Below are positions 9,566 to 19,178 of a DNA stretch of 64,000 nucleotides, piece after piece; the first letter of the stretch is position 1, and every line of letters begins with the position of its first letter. The translations under genes and the position numbers were made by a program. Under the pieces are notes generated by a model. It was not told where the DNA came from. It made no database searches and saw nothing but the letters and a program-made list of their open reading frames with translations. This DNA is from an uncultured delta proteobacterium (GTDB lineage Bacteria; Myxococcota; Myxococcia; Myxococcales; Anaeromyxobacteraceae), in assembly GCA_963828255.1 (NCBI GenBank), contig CAWHDZ010000008.1, forward strand, positions 32,001-96,000, written 5' to 3'.

Positions 9566-12500
9566 ATGGTTCGTGCAGGGCAAGGTGCGTTGCTGTGGGT
9601 GCTGGTGTGCGCGGCGTTCACGTTTGGTTGCAAGAGCGGAGGCGACGTGCCGCCTCCCCCGGCGGACCCGAACAAGGCGACCGGGGTCGTCAGCCCCGAG
9701 AGCACCTCTCCCGTCGTGGTCTCCCTGCCGAGCGGCGCGACGGTGACCGTCCCCCCGGGCGCCGTCAGCCAGCCCACCACCATCACCATCGAGAAGACGA
9801 GCACGCAGCCTCCGGGCGCGTCGTCCCCGCTCTACAACGTGGGGCCCGCCGGTACCCAGTTCCTCCAGCCGGTCACCATCTCGATTCCCATCCCCGCCGG
9901 CGTCTCGGTCTCGTCGGGCGCCACCATCTACCTCTCCTCGGGGACCCAGACGGGCACCTACCAGGCCCTCCCCACCACCGTGACCACCACGGGCAGCGGC
10001 TCGACCGCGACCGCGCAGGTCGGGCAGGTGGGCTCGGTCTTCGTGGGCCAGCCCTGCGCCGAGGGGGCGGCGTGCGCGACGGAGACGACCTGTCGCGCCG
10101 GGTCCCAGACCTGCGTCACCGGGAAGCCGGCGTGCTCGGAGACGGGGCTCCTCGCGACGGACGGGACGTCCTGCGGCGGCGGCCAGATCTGCGGCCTCGG
10201 CACCTGCATCGCCCCGAGTGCCACCGGCACCGTCACCGCGAGCGGCGGCGGGACCGTGACCCTTCCCGGAGGAGTCGTCGTCCAGTTTCCGCCCGGGGCG
10301 ATCCCGGCCGACACGGTCGTGACCGTCAACGTGGTCGGCGGCGCCGCTCCGCCGGGCGCGCTCTCCCCGGTCCTGGAGTTCCTCCCCTCGATGACCTTCG
10401 CCCAGCCCGTCACGGTGAGCTTCCCGATCGCGGGGACGCCTCCATCGGGCACGACCATCTACTGGAGCCAGCCCGGCACGACGGGAGCCTGGACCCCGCA
10501 CCTCGCGAGCCTCTCCACGCCGGGCGTCGCCTCCACCCAGGTCACCCACTTCAGCCTGGGCTACGTCGGGCTTCCGTGTACTCCCGGTGACGCCTGCTCG
10601 GTCGCCAGCGCCTGCCACGTCGGCGCCATCGCCTGCACGTCGGGCGCGCCGGTCTGCTCCGACACCGGCACGGGGAGGCCCGACGGCACCACCTGCGGCA
10701 GCGGCAACACCTGCCAGGGCGGCTCCTGCGTCACCCCTTCGCTGGTCGGGCAGTGGAAGGGGACCGTTCCCGGCTCCGGCGTCGCCGTCGTGACGATCCG
10801 CGCCGACGGCACCTGGAGCAGGGCCACGGCCGGCGGCCCGGTCGCCTCGGGCGCCTGGACCGTCGCCGGCAACCTGATCGCGCTCACCGACGACGCCTGC
10901 GGCGCGGGGGTCACGGGCACCTACGAGTACACGGCCGCGGCCGGGTCGCTCGTCCTCGAGCTGGTGAGCGACTCGTGTTCCTCGCGGGCCGCGGTCGCAG
11001 ACGTGGTCCTCGTGAAGTCGACCGTCACGCTCTGCGTGCCCGGCGCTTCCTGCACCCCCGCCGCTCCGATCGCCTGCCGCGCCTACGCCACGACCTGCGA
11101 CGCGACCTTCACCCAGACCACCTGCTCCCCCGACGCCTTTCTCCAGGACGGTACCTCCTGCGGGAGCGGCCTCGTCTGCACCGCGGGGGCCTGCGGAGCC
11201 CCGCCGGTCGTGATCGACCTCAACGGGACCTGGACGGGCACGACCTTCACGGCCACGGCCACGCCTCCGGGCGGCACGGCGGGCGCACCCGTGACCTTCG
11301 CGGCCGCTCGCGAGGCGATCCAGGTCGGAAGCGCGGTCAGCTTCACGACGGTCTCGAGCCTCGGTTCGGAGAGCGACTGCACCGGCACGCTCTCGGGCAC
11401 GACCGTCTCGGCCAGCTGCACCATCGTGAACCTCGACGGGACGTGCTCCGGCAGCTACTCGGTGACCGCGCCGGTCACTCCGGGCTCCCTGGCGACGTGG
11501 GAGACCGGGGACGTCACGTACACCTGGAGTGGATTTTCCTGTGCGCAGGCCGGCACCGTCGTCCACGTGCCGACCGGAGCGCTGGCGCCCCAGACGGCTC
11601 CTCCCCCAGACATCTCCGGAACCTACTCGGTCGCCATCGACTACACGAGGACGGGGCCGTCGCCCCGCTCCCCTCAGACGGGGACCAGCACCGGGACCCG
11701 GGTGCGCACGCAGGCCGGGAACTTCGTCCGCTCGATGCTCACGACCCCGAACACGACCTACTACTGCTACGGGCCGGTGATCGGCACCACGGTCTACGAC
11801 GCCTGCAACGGCTTCGGCGCCGACGGAGTGACGACCTTCAGCGGGCGCCTCCAGAGCACGATCACGCCGGGAAGTCCCCTGACGATCAGCGGGGGCGGGA
11901 GCTACACGATCCACGGTGACTTGGCCGGCTACACGAACCTCGTGGCGACGGCGGTCGCCACCCGCACCGGCGCCTCCACCTGCACCCCGAGCCAGACGTG
12001 CTTCCCGTACGGATCGGCCAACCCTTGCTCCACGTATGCGACGACCTGCTCCGCCTCCGGCGTCCAGGGCTGCGCGGCCGCCGCCAGCCAGGCCGAGGGG
12101 ACCTCGTGCGGCTCGTCCCTGGTCTGCAGCGCCACCGGGACCTGCATCGCGGCCTGCGTGGCCGGCAGCGGCTGCACGCCCGCCGGAACAGCCGACCCCT
12201 GCAGGACCTACGCGACCACCTGCAACGGGGCCGGCACCGTGACGACCTGCTCGCCCGCCACCAACCGGCCCGACGGGACGACCTGCGGCAGCGGCCTCGT
12301 CTGCAGCATCGGCAGCTGCGTCGCCGCATGCGTGGCCGGCAACGCCTGCACGCCCGCGGGGACGCCAATCGCCTGCCGGGCCTACGCCACGACCTGCGAC
12401 GCGACCGGCACGGTCACGTCCTGCTCGCCCGCGGCAAACCTCCCCGACGGCACGACCTGCGGTACCGCGAGCATCTGCTCCGCGGGGACGTGCGCCGCGG

Positions 12501-15500
12501 ACAGCGCCAGCGCCAGCATCGGCGTCTCCGGCGGGTCGGTCACCACCCTGAGCGGGGCGAGGCTCGCCGTCCCAGCGAGTTCCCTCGACGCCACCCGGAG
12601 CTTCCAGATCGCGCGGTCGGCGTCGGCGCCCCCCGCGGGCGTGGCGGCTTACTCGCCCGTGTACGACCTAGCCCCTGACGGCGTCATCTTCGCACGGCTT
12701 CCCGTCGTCACAATCCCCATCCCCGCGGGCGTCGCCCAGGCCTCGATCTACTCGTCCCGCCTCGACGGCACCGGCTTCGACGCGCTGGAGGGCACGGTCG
12801 ACACCGTGGCGCACACCGTCAGCGCCCAGGTCGGCCACCTCGGCCAGGCCTTCGCCGGGGCTCCGGCGGCGACGCGCGACGTGGTCGGCTACGGGATCAC
12901 CACGTACATCACGCCGACGTCCCGGGCCAACGTCCTCGTCGACTTCTCGTCGAGCCCACCGGAGATCCTGGTGCCGACCGGCGGAGGCGCGTACCGGAGC
13001 ATCCCGGCCGTGGTGGGCACCGGCGCCGCAGCCGGGACCGTCCGCTTCCCGAACGTTCCGCAGGGCGAGCACCTCCTCCGCCGGGGGACCAGCTACTCGT
13101 TCCGCTCGGGTGACGTGGCGAACTTGGGATCCTCGGTCGCGGGGAAGCCGATTTCCCTTCGGACCGCTCTCACCCAGAGCTCGATCCTCAATCTCGCGGT
13201 GTCCGGCATGGCCTCGTGGCAGGTGGGCGACTGGCTGGAGTTCTTCTCCCCCCAGGTGAACGACTGGGACTTCGAGACCGACATCCTGGCGGATCCGCCC
13301 CTCCAGCCGGGCGACGTCGGCGCCCACCTTCCCATCGACGTCCGGTTCCTGAACGCCGCGCCGACGAACTACCTCATCGAGGGCTCGAAGGGGGACCAGG
13401 CGATCGTCGCGCAACTCTCGTCCGCCACGTCCGGGAATGGCCTGCCCTACATCTCGATGGCGCGCGTAGGCGTCGTGCCCTCCTTCGACCTCCCGGCGAG
13501 CGGAACGACGCCCGCCTCGGTGGTCCTCGTCCCGATCAACCGGGGCACCGTCTCCTTCGACTGGCGCGGCTCCCAGTGGCGCGGGGCCGTCGAGCTGGAC
13601 GGGAACCCCGCCCACGTCGGCGCGAGCCCCACGAGCCCCTGGGCTGGCGGCGACCTGGGCATCTACGCGCTCCCCGGGCTGGCGAGCGACGGCTACTACT
13701 CCGCGAGCGCCGACCTGCTCTGGATGCACGATTCCACAGGCTCGGACGCAGCCACCGGGGCGATGAACGTCGCCACGGCCGCCGACGCACTCCCGGGGAC
13801 GTGGGCGGCAAGCGCCATGGGCGGATATTCCATGCCGGTCCCGCTGCTGTTGCCAGGTACGACCACGTCTTTCCTGGGCCTGAACGACTCGCTTCGCGAT
13901 TGGATGACCGTCGACGCCTCCCAGTCGCGTCCGTTCGAGCCCAGCCTCACCGCCCCGGTGGCCGCCTTCGTCGGGTCGAGCCACTTCTTCGCCGGTGGGG
14001 AGAGCATGGGGACGACTCCCACCGTCACCTGGACCGCACCGCGGGTAGGAGTCCCGACCAGCTACGGGCTCACCATCCACGAGATCTTCCGCAGCGGCAT
14101 CCGCACGACCCGTCGGGCGACCGCGAGCTTTTCCACGCAGGCGACGACCCTTGCAATCCCTCCCGGCATCCTCCAGCCCGAGAAGAACTACGCGTTCGTC
14201 CTCTCGAGCTACGCGTCCGATGCGGACCATTCCGCGAGCGCCGCCATCGTCTCCGGCATCTTCCGCACCAGCGCCCAGTGCGTCGCGGTCGTCGCGTGCA
14301 CGCCGACGGGCATCCCCGACCCGTGCCGCACCTACACCACCACCTGCGACCCCTCGCTGACCGTCACGACCTGCTCGCCGACCGGCGTCGCCCCGCCGCT
14401 CACCACCTGCGGGACCGCCCAGGTCTGCAACGGATCCGGACAGTGCATCGCCGACGTCGCGGTGAGCGTGTCGCCCGCATCGGCCAGCATGGCGCCCGGC
14501 CAGCAGATCGCCTTCACGGCCACGGTCGACGGAGTTCCCAGCACCGCGGTCACCTGGTCGGTACAGGAGGGGGCGGCCGGCGGGACAGTCGTGAGCGGCG
14601 TCTACACCGCACCGGCCACGACCGGCGTGTACCACGTCGTCGCGACCAGCACTCTGAACCCGCTCCGCAGCGCGACGGCGACGGTGACCGTCGCGGCCCC
14701 GGCCCAGCCCTGGCTCTCCGTCTCCCCGCCGGCCGTGTCGGCGACGGCATCCTCCGGCACCAGCGTCGCGACCACGCTCACGATCGCGAACGCGGGAACG
14801 GGTACGCTCGCCCTGCCATTCGCCTGGGCGAATTACTCGACCGGATCGAACTGGATCACGGCCCGGGTCATCGGCGCCGCGGCGCCCTACTCGCTGGTGG
14901 TCACGACCAGGGCCACGAGCCTTCCACCCGGGACCTACACCGCGAACGTCGAGATCGAGGAGGTGGGCGCGGGCAACTCCACCCAGATCGTCCCGCTCAC
15001 CTTCACCGTGACGGCCCCTGCCATCGGCGTCGTGGTCTCCCCCACCGCGGCTTCGCTCGGCTACGGGGACCAGGCCACCTTCGTCGCATCGGTGAGCGGC
15101 TCCGCGAACGGGGCCGTGACCTGGTCGGTCACCGAGGGTGCCGCGGGGGGGACGGTGTCGGCCTCCGGGGCCTACACGGCGCCCTCCGTCGCAGGCACCT
15201 TCCACGTCGTCGCGACCAGCGCCGCCGACCCGACGAGGAGCGCCACGGCCACGGTGACGGTGGCGGCGCCGGCGCCGGTGGTGATGCCCGCGAGGCAGTG
15301 GATCGCCTTCGGTGGCACTCCAGGCGGTGCAGCACCACCCGCCCAGGTCGTCTCCGTCGCCAACGGCGGAACGGGGTCGCTCGCCCGTCCTTCACTTACA
15401 GTCACCTTCCCGACCGCGGCGGGCTGGCTGACCGCCGACGTGACCGGGAGCGCCCCGCCCTACGCGCTCACCCTGACGCCGATCGGCCCGCTCCCGGCGG

Positions 15501-16987
15501 CCGGGTTCTACCACGCCTACGTCGACCTCACCTCGGCGAGCGCACCCGGTGCCCCCGTCCGGGTGGACGTCATGCTCCAGGTCACGGCGGGCGCCCGGAA
15601 CGTGACGGTCACCCGCCGGCGCCATTTCCTTCCGGAGGTCGGCGCACCCTCGGTCGTGAACGTGACCGGGCTCGATGTCGGGGCCGTCCTGCGCAACCCC
15701 GAGGGCGTCACCCCCGGCATCACGATGCGCTTGCCGGCCGTCGACAACGGTGACGGTACGTACACCCTCCACGGCGTGCCGGCGGGCCGCGTCCTGGTGA
15801 ACCCGGTCGGCTTCGGAAACTTCGACGTCGCCGGGAACGCCATCGACCTCAGCACCTACGAGGGGTACCGGTCCGACGTCGTCGTGCCGGCGCTTTCGAC
15901 CCCGGTGACCGTCGCGCTGACCGGACTCGATCCCTGGGCCGAGGTCATCGACTCGCTCCAGTTCTTCACGAACGACGCGTACGACTGGAACGTCTTCCCG
16001 GGCAACGGGGTGTCCTCCGGTGCGTCGTCGACTCCGGGAGTGCTCGTCAACTGGCGGAACATCTACGGGGGGCTGCTGCGCGCCACGGACGTGCTCCACG
16101 TGGTCCAGTTCCGCCGGACTCCGGCGAGAGATGCCGTCACCGGCGCCTCCTACATCTACGATCAGGGCGTGGCGGGTGGCGTCGTCACCGGCCAGGCGCT
16201 CCAGGACGGCGTCCCGGCCAGCTTCGCGGTCCAGCTCGCGCCCCCCTCCTCCAGGCCGACCACCTCGCTCGACTGGCGGCTGACCCAGTTCGAGTCGGTG
16301 CTGTCCTCCTCGGGCGTCCCGACGTGGGGAGACCACTCCTACACGCTCCACGCGAGCGCCGCGCCGATCACGCCGATCCGCTACGGCGGGAGCACCCTGG
16401 ATCTCATCGAACTGCTCGCGATCATCGGGAACCCGGACATCCGGATCTCGTCCATGAGCTACGGTGACCTGGCGTCCCCGGGCTACGTGCCGCGCGAGAG
16501 CTTCAGCTACTCGGAGCAGGTTCCGCGAACGGCCTTCGGTGCGTCGATCGCGCTCGACGTCGCCGTGGATGCCGCCGTCTTTCGGGCCTTCTCTCCGGGC
16601 ACGACCGCGACTCCGCTCGTCGGCGAGGTCTCCTCGCCGATGATCGCGGGGCGGGACGCGCGGGTCCCCTACCAGGGGACCATGAATCCCCCCGTGGCTC
16701 CCCTCATCACCTGGGCACCCCCGGCCATCGGAACGGCCGACTACTACTTCGTCCAGCTCCTCGAGCTGAGCCCGACGGCCACCGGGGGCACCCAGCAATC
16801 GGCCACCTACCGGATCCAGACGACCCAGACCCAGTTCCAGCCGCCCGACTGGTTCTTCCAGCCCGGCAAGACCTACGTGGTGAAGATCCAGGCCAACCAC
16901 ATGCCGGGCTTCTCGGAGAGCGCTCCCCGGACGTTCCGGACTCCCCACGGCTGGGCCGACTTCCTCTCGGCGGAGTTCACGCCGTAG
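9566..16987 (+). CDS. Giant modular surface lipoprotein (~2470 aa: 3 ZU5-like, 7 eight-Cys repeats, lipocalin-like, 2x Ig+BACON-like, 2 large FN3-terminated domains)
   Basis: MVRAGQGALLWVLVCAAFTFGC lipobox; uninterrupted ORF with internal repeats readable in the translation. Confidence 0.85.
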   Translation: MVRAGQGALLWVLVCAAFTFGCKSGGDVPPPPADPNKATGVVSPESTSPVVVSLPSGATVTVPPGAVSQPTTITIEKTSTQPPGASSPLYNVGPAGTQFLQPVTISIPIPAGVSVSSGATIYLSSGTQTGTYQALPTTVTTTGSGSTATAQVGQVGSVFVGQPCAEGAACATETTCRAGSQTCVTGKPACSETGLLATDGTSCGGGQICGLGTCIAPSATGTVTASGGGTVTLPGGVVVQFPPGAIPADTVVTVNVVGGAAPPGALSPVLEFLPSMTFAQPVTVSFPIAGTPPSGTTIYWSQPGTTGAWTPHLASLSTPGVASTQVTHFSLGYVGLPCTPGDACSVASACHVGAIACTSGAPVCSDTGTGRPDGTTCGSGNTCQGGSCVTPSLVGQWKGTVPGSGVAVVTIRADGTWSRATAGGPVASGAWTVAGNLIALTDDACGAGVTGTYEYTAAAGSLVLELVSDSCSSRAAVADVVLVKSTVTLCVPGASCTPAAPIACRAYATTCDATFTQTTCSPDAFLQDGTSCGSGLVCTAGACGAPPVVIDLNGTWTGTTFTATATPPGGTAGAPVTFAAAREAIQVGSAVSFTTVSSLGSESDCTGTLSGTTVSASCTIVNLDGTCSGSYSVTAPVTPGSLATWETGDVTYTWSGFSCAQAGTVVHVPTGALAPQTAPPPDISGTYSVAIDYTRTGPSPRSPQTGTSTGTRVRTQAGNFVRSMLTTPNTTYYCYGPVIGTTVYDACNGFGADGVTTFSGRLQSTITPGSPLTISGGGSYTIHGDLAGYTNLVATAVATRTGASTCTPSQTCFPYGSANPCSTYATTCSASGVQGCAAAASQAEGTSCGSSLVCSATGTCIAACVAGSGCTPAGTADPCRTYATTCNGAGTVTTCSPATNRPDGTTCGSGLVCSIGSCVAACVAGNACTPAGTPIACRAYATTCDATGTVTSCSPAANLPDGTTCGTASICSAGTCAADSASASIGVSGGSVTTLSGARLAVPASSLDATRSFQIARSASAPPAGVAAYSPVYDLAPDGVIFARLPVVTIPIPAGVAQASIYSSRLDGTGFDALEGTVDTVAHTVSAQVGHLGQAFAGAPAATRDVVGYGITTYITPTSRANVLVDFSSSPPEILVPTGGGAYRSIPAVVGTGAAAGTVRFPNVPQGEHLLRRGTSYSFRSGDVANLGSSVAGKPISLRTALTQSSILNLAVSGMASWQVGDWLEFFSPQVNDWDFETDILADPPLQPGDVGAHLPIDVRFLNAAPTNYLIEGSKGDQAIVAQLSSATSGNGLPYISMARVGVVPSFDLPASGTTPASVVLVPINRGTVSFDWRGSQWRGAVELDGNPAHVGASPTSPWAGGDLGIYALPGLASDGYYSASADLLWMHDSTGSDAATGAMNVATAADALPGTWAASAMGGYSMPVPLLLPGTTTSFLGLNDSLRDWMTVDASQSRPFEPSLTAPVAAFVGSSHFFAGGESMGTTPTVTWTAPRVGVPTSYGLTIHEIFRSGIRTTRRATASFSTQATTLAIPPGILQPEKNYAFVLSSYASDADHSASAAIVSGIFRTSAQCVAVVACTPTGIPDPCRTYTTTCDPSLTVTTCSPTGVAPPLTTCGTAQVCNGSGQCIADVAVSVSPASASMAPGQQIAFTATVDGVPSTAVTWSVQEGAAGGTVVSGVYTAPATTGVYHVVATSTLNPLRSATATVTVAAPAQPWLSVSPPAVSATASSGTSVATTLTIANAGTGTLALPFAWANYSTGSNWITARVIGAAAPYSLVVTTRATSLPPGTYTANVEIEEVGAGNSTQIVPLTFTVTAPAIGVVVSPTAASLGYGDQATFVASVSGSANGAVTWSVTEGAAGGTVSASGAYTAPSVAGTFHVVATSAADPTRSATATVTVAAPAPVVMPARQWIAFGGTPGGAAPPAQVVSVANGGTGSLARPSLTVTFPTAAGWLTADVTGSAPPYALTLTPIGPLPAAGFYHAYVDLTSASAPGAPVRVDVMLQVTAGARNVTVTRRRHFLPEVGAPSVVNVTGLDVGAVLRNPEGVTPGITMRLPAVDNGDGTYTLHGVPAGRVLVNPVGFGNFDVAGNAIDLSTYEGYRSDVVVPALSTPVTVALTGLDPWAEVIDSLQFFTNDAYDWNVFPGNGVSSGASSTPGVLVNWRNIYGGLLRATDVLHVVQFRRTPARDAVTGASYIYDQGVAGGVVTGQALQDGVPASFAVQLAPPSSRPTTSLDWRLTQFESVLSSSGVPTWGDHSYTLHASAAPITPIRYGGSTLDLIELLAIIGNPDIRISSMSYGDLASPGYVPRESFSYSEQVPRTAFGASIALDVAVDAAVFRAFSPGTTATPLVGEVSSPMIAGRDARVPYQGTMNPPVAPLITWAPPAIGTADYYFVQLLELSPTATGGTQQSATYRIQTTQTQFQPPDWFFQPGKTYVVKIQANHMPGFSESAPRTFRTPHGWADFLSAEFTP

Positions 16988-17017
16988 GCAGCACGATCGG
17001 ACCGGATCCGGCGCGGC

Positions 17018-17734
17018 TCAGTTGATCCAGCGCCGGTCCGGATCCCGGTCGGCGTGGATCACCTCGAAGCGCCCGCGCCCCCTCTTCCGCCGCGGCAGGC
17101 GGATGCGGCGCAGCCACTGCCCCGGCCCCTTCCCGCTCACGTGCACCCAGGCGATCCCCTCGGCCAGGAGGTGGGGGACGAAGGCCCCGACGCCGGTGAA
17201 GAGCGCGAAGAGAACCGTTCCACCCACGGTGACGAGGACGAGCGTCTTTCCGGAGACCGGGACGGCGAAGAAGAGCAGGATTTGCCGGAACGGGAAGTTG
17301 AGCCCCCAGGCCACGACGACGGCGTTGAGCGCCACCCAGAGGCCGCTGAAGCGGTAGGCCTCGAGCCCCGGCCAGGCGAGCGCGAGGAGCGAGGCCAGGA
17401 GGCCGGCCACGGCAGGAACGGCGAAGTAGGTGAGGAGGAAGCGCCGCTCCCCCCAGGCCTCCACGAGGTCCCGGCCGAACCAGTAGAGCACCAGGCCGCC
17501 GAAGAGCAGGTTCACGGGGTCGTTCTCGACGAGCACCCAGGTGACGAGCCGCCAGACCTCGCCCTGCCAGACCGCTCCGATGTCGAGGAGGAGCAGCTGC
17601 TGGAGGCCGAGGCCGCTGCGCCCTCCCACCGCCGCGACGAGGCTGACCACGACCGTCGCCACGATGAGGCCTCCCACCGCGGCGGGGACCCGCCCGCCGA
17701 AGGAGAGGAGGTTTCCGGGGCGGCCGGACGACAA
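17018..17734 (-). CDS. Rhomboid-superfamily membrane protein (probably catalytically inactive)
   Basis: VWQGEVWRLVTW motif, FGRDLVEAWGERRFL, multiple TMs, His in FVPHLL. Confidence 0.75.
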   Translation of the reverse strand: MSSGRPGNLLSFGGRVPAAVGGLIVATVVVSLVAAVGGRSGLGLQQLLLLDIGAVWQGEVWRLVTWVLVENDPVNLLFGGLVLYWFGRDLVEAWGERRFLLTYFAVPAVAGLLASLLALAWPGLEAYRFSGLWVALNAVVVAWGLNFPFRQILLFFAVPVSGKTLVLVTVGGTVLFALFTGVGAFVPHLLAEGIAWVHVSGKGPGQWLRRIRLPRRKRGRGRFEVIHADRDPDRRWIN

Positions 17735-17737
17735 CGG

Positions 17738-17932
17738 TCAGGCTCCTGCCGGCTTGTAGAAGAGGATGATCGTCAGGCAGTGGAACTGGTTGTCCGACGA
17801 GAGCGTCACCGACTTGTCCACGATCTCCAGCTCGGGGTGCTTGCCGAGCCAGTTGTTGATCGTGTCGCTCATGGCGTCCCGATCGCGGGCCAGCGTCGCC
17901 GAGAAAACCTTGCACCCCGTGAACTTCTCCAT
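17738..17932 (-). CDS. Small conserved-type hypothetical protein (64 aa)
   Basis: MEKFTGCKVFSATLARDRDAMSDTINNWLGKHPELEIVDKSVTLSSDNQFHCLTIILFY; GAGGGG SD; natural amino-acid composition. Confidence 0.75.
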   Translation of the reverse strand: MEKFTGCKVFSATLARDRDAMSDTINNWLGKHPELEIVDKSVTLSSDNQFHCLTIILFYKPAGA

Positions 17933-17967
17933 GGTCGCCCCCTCGCCCCGAGACCTGAAACCCGAGC

Positions 17968-19164
17968 CTACAGCGCCTCGACGATGACCGCGATACCCTG
18001 TCCACCGCCGATGCAGGCCCCGGCCAGGCCGAAGCGCCCGCCCCGCTGCCGGAGCGCCTGGATGGTGTGCAGCGTGAGCCTTGCCCCGCTCGCCCCGAGC
18101 GGGTGTCCGACCGCGATGGCGCCCCCGTCCACGTTGGTCCGGTCCCGCGGCAGTCCCAGCTCCTTCTCCACCGCCAGGTACTGCGGCGCGAAGGCCTCGT
18201 TCACCTCGAAGAGGTCGAAGTCGGAGAGCTTCGCCTCGGCCCTGGCCATGGCGTTCCTGAAGGCGGGGGCCGGCCCGATGCCCATGACCGTGGGGTCCAC
18301 CCCGGCCACCCCCCAGTTGACGAGGCGGGCCAGCGGCGCGAGCCCGCGCCGGTCGGCCGCCGCCCGGGTCATGACCACCATCATGGCGGCCCCGTCGGCC
18401 ACGCCGCTCGCCGCGCCGGCGTGGATGACGCCGTCCTTCTTGAAGATGCGGGGGAGCTTGCGGAGCCCCTCGATCGTGGTCTCGGGGCGGGGGTGCTCGT
18501 CCTTGTCGAAGGTCACCTTTCCCTTGCGGGTCTCGATCTCCACCGGCGCGATCTCGTCCTTGAAGCGCCCGGCGGCCTGGGCCTCGGCGGTGCGGCGCTG
18601 CGAGAGGACGCTGAACTCGTCCACCTCGTCCTGGGTGATCCGGTACTGCTCGGCGAGCTTCTCCGCGGTGAGCGCCATGGGCATCTTCGCCTGGGTGTCG
18701 GTGAGCGCGGTCCAGAGCGCGTCCTCGATGGCCGGGGTCTTGCCCAGCGGCACCCCGAACCGCCCGCCGCGCAGGACGTAGGGGGCCTGGCTCATCGACT
18801 CGGTCCCGCCCACCAGCACCGCCTCGGCCTGGCCGGTGGCGATCTGGAAGGCGCCCTGCACCACCGCCTCGAAGCCCGACCCGCACAGCCTGTTCACGAT
18901 CAGTGCGGGAGTCTCGACCGGGACGCCGACCCGGAGCCCGACGTGGCGGGCCAGGTAGATGGCGTCGGCGGAGGTCTGGAGCACGTTGCCCACCACCACA
19001 TGGCCGATCTCCGCGGGCGGGAGCCCGGCGTCGCGAAGGGCCGCGCCGGCCGCGTGGACCGCCAGGTCGGTGGCCGTGAGGTCCTTGAGCGTGCCGCCGA
19101 AGGTTCCGAACGGGGTCCGGCGGCCGGCGACGAAGACGATCTCCTGCGGTGTGGCGGAACGCAT
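17968..19164 (-). CDS. Acetyl-CoA C-acyltransferase (thiolase)
   Basis: NRLCGSG, NEAFA, GHPLGASG and CIGGGQG motifs. Confidence 0.95.
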   Translation of the reverse strand: MRSATPQEIVFVAGRRTPFGTFGGTLKDLTATDLAVHAAGAALRDAGLPPAEIGHVVVGNVLQTSADAIYLARHVGLRVGVPVETPALIVNRLCGSGFEAVVQGAFQIATGQAEAVLVGGTESMSQAPYVLRGGRFGVPLGKTPAIEDALWTALTDTQAKMPMALTAEKLAEQYRITQDEVDEFSVLSQRRTAEAQAAGRFKDEIAPVEIETRKGKVTFDKDEHPRPETTIEGLRKLPRIFKKDGVIHAGAASGVADGAAMMVVMTRAAADRRGLAPLARLVNWGVAGVDPTVMGIGPAPAFRNAMARAEAKLSDFDLFEVNEAFAPQYLAVEKELGLPRDRTNVDGGAIAVGHPLGASGARLTLHTIQALRQRGGRFGLAGACIGGGQGIAVIVEAL

Positions 19165-19178
19165 GCAGACCTCCAGCT

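Noticed and set aside
11980..12495. Tandem DNA repeats as a possible CRISPR array or VNTR
   Set aside because: They are degenerate, in-frame ~170-nt coding repeats of the Cys module, with no constant repeat plus unique spacer structure and no cas genes.
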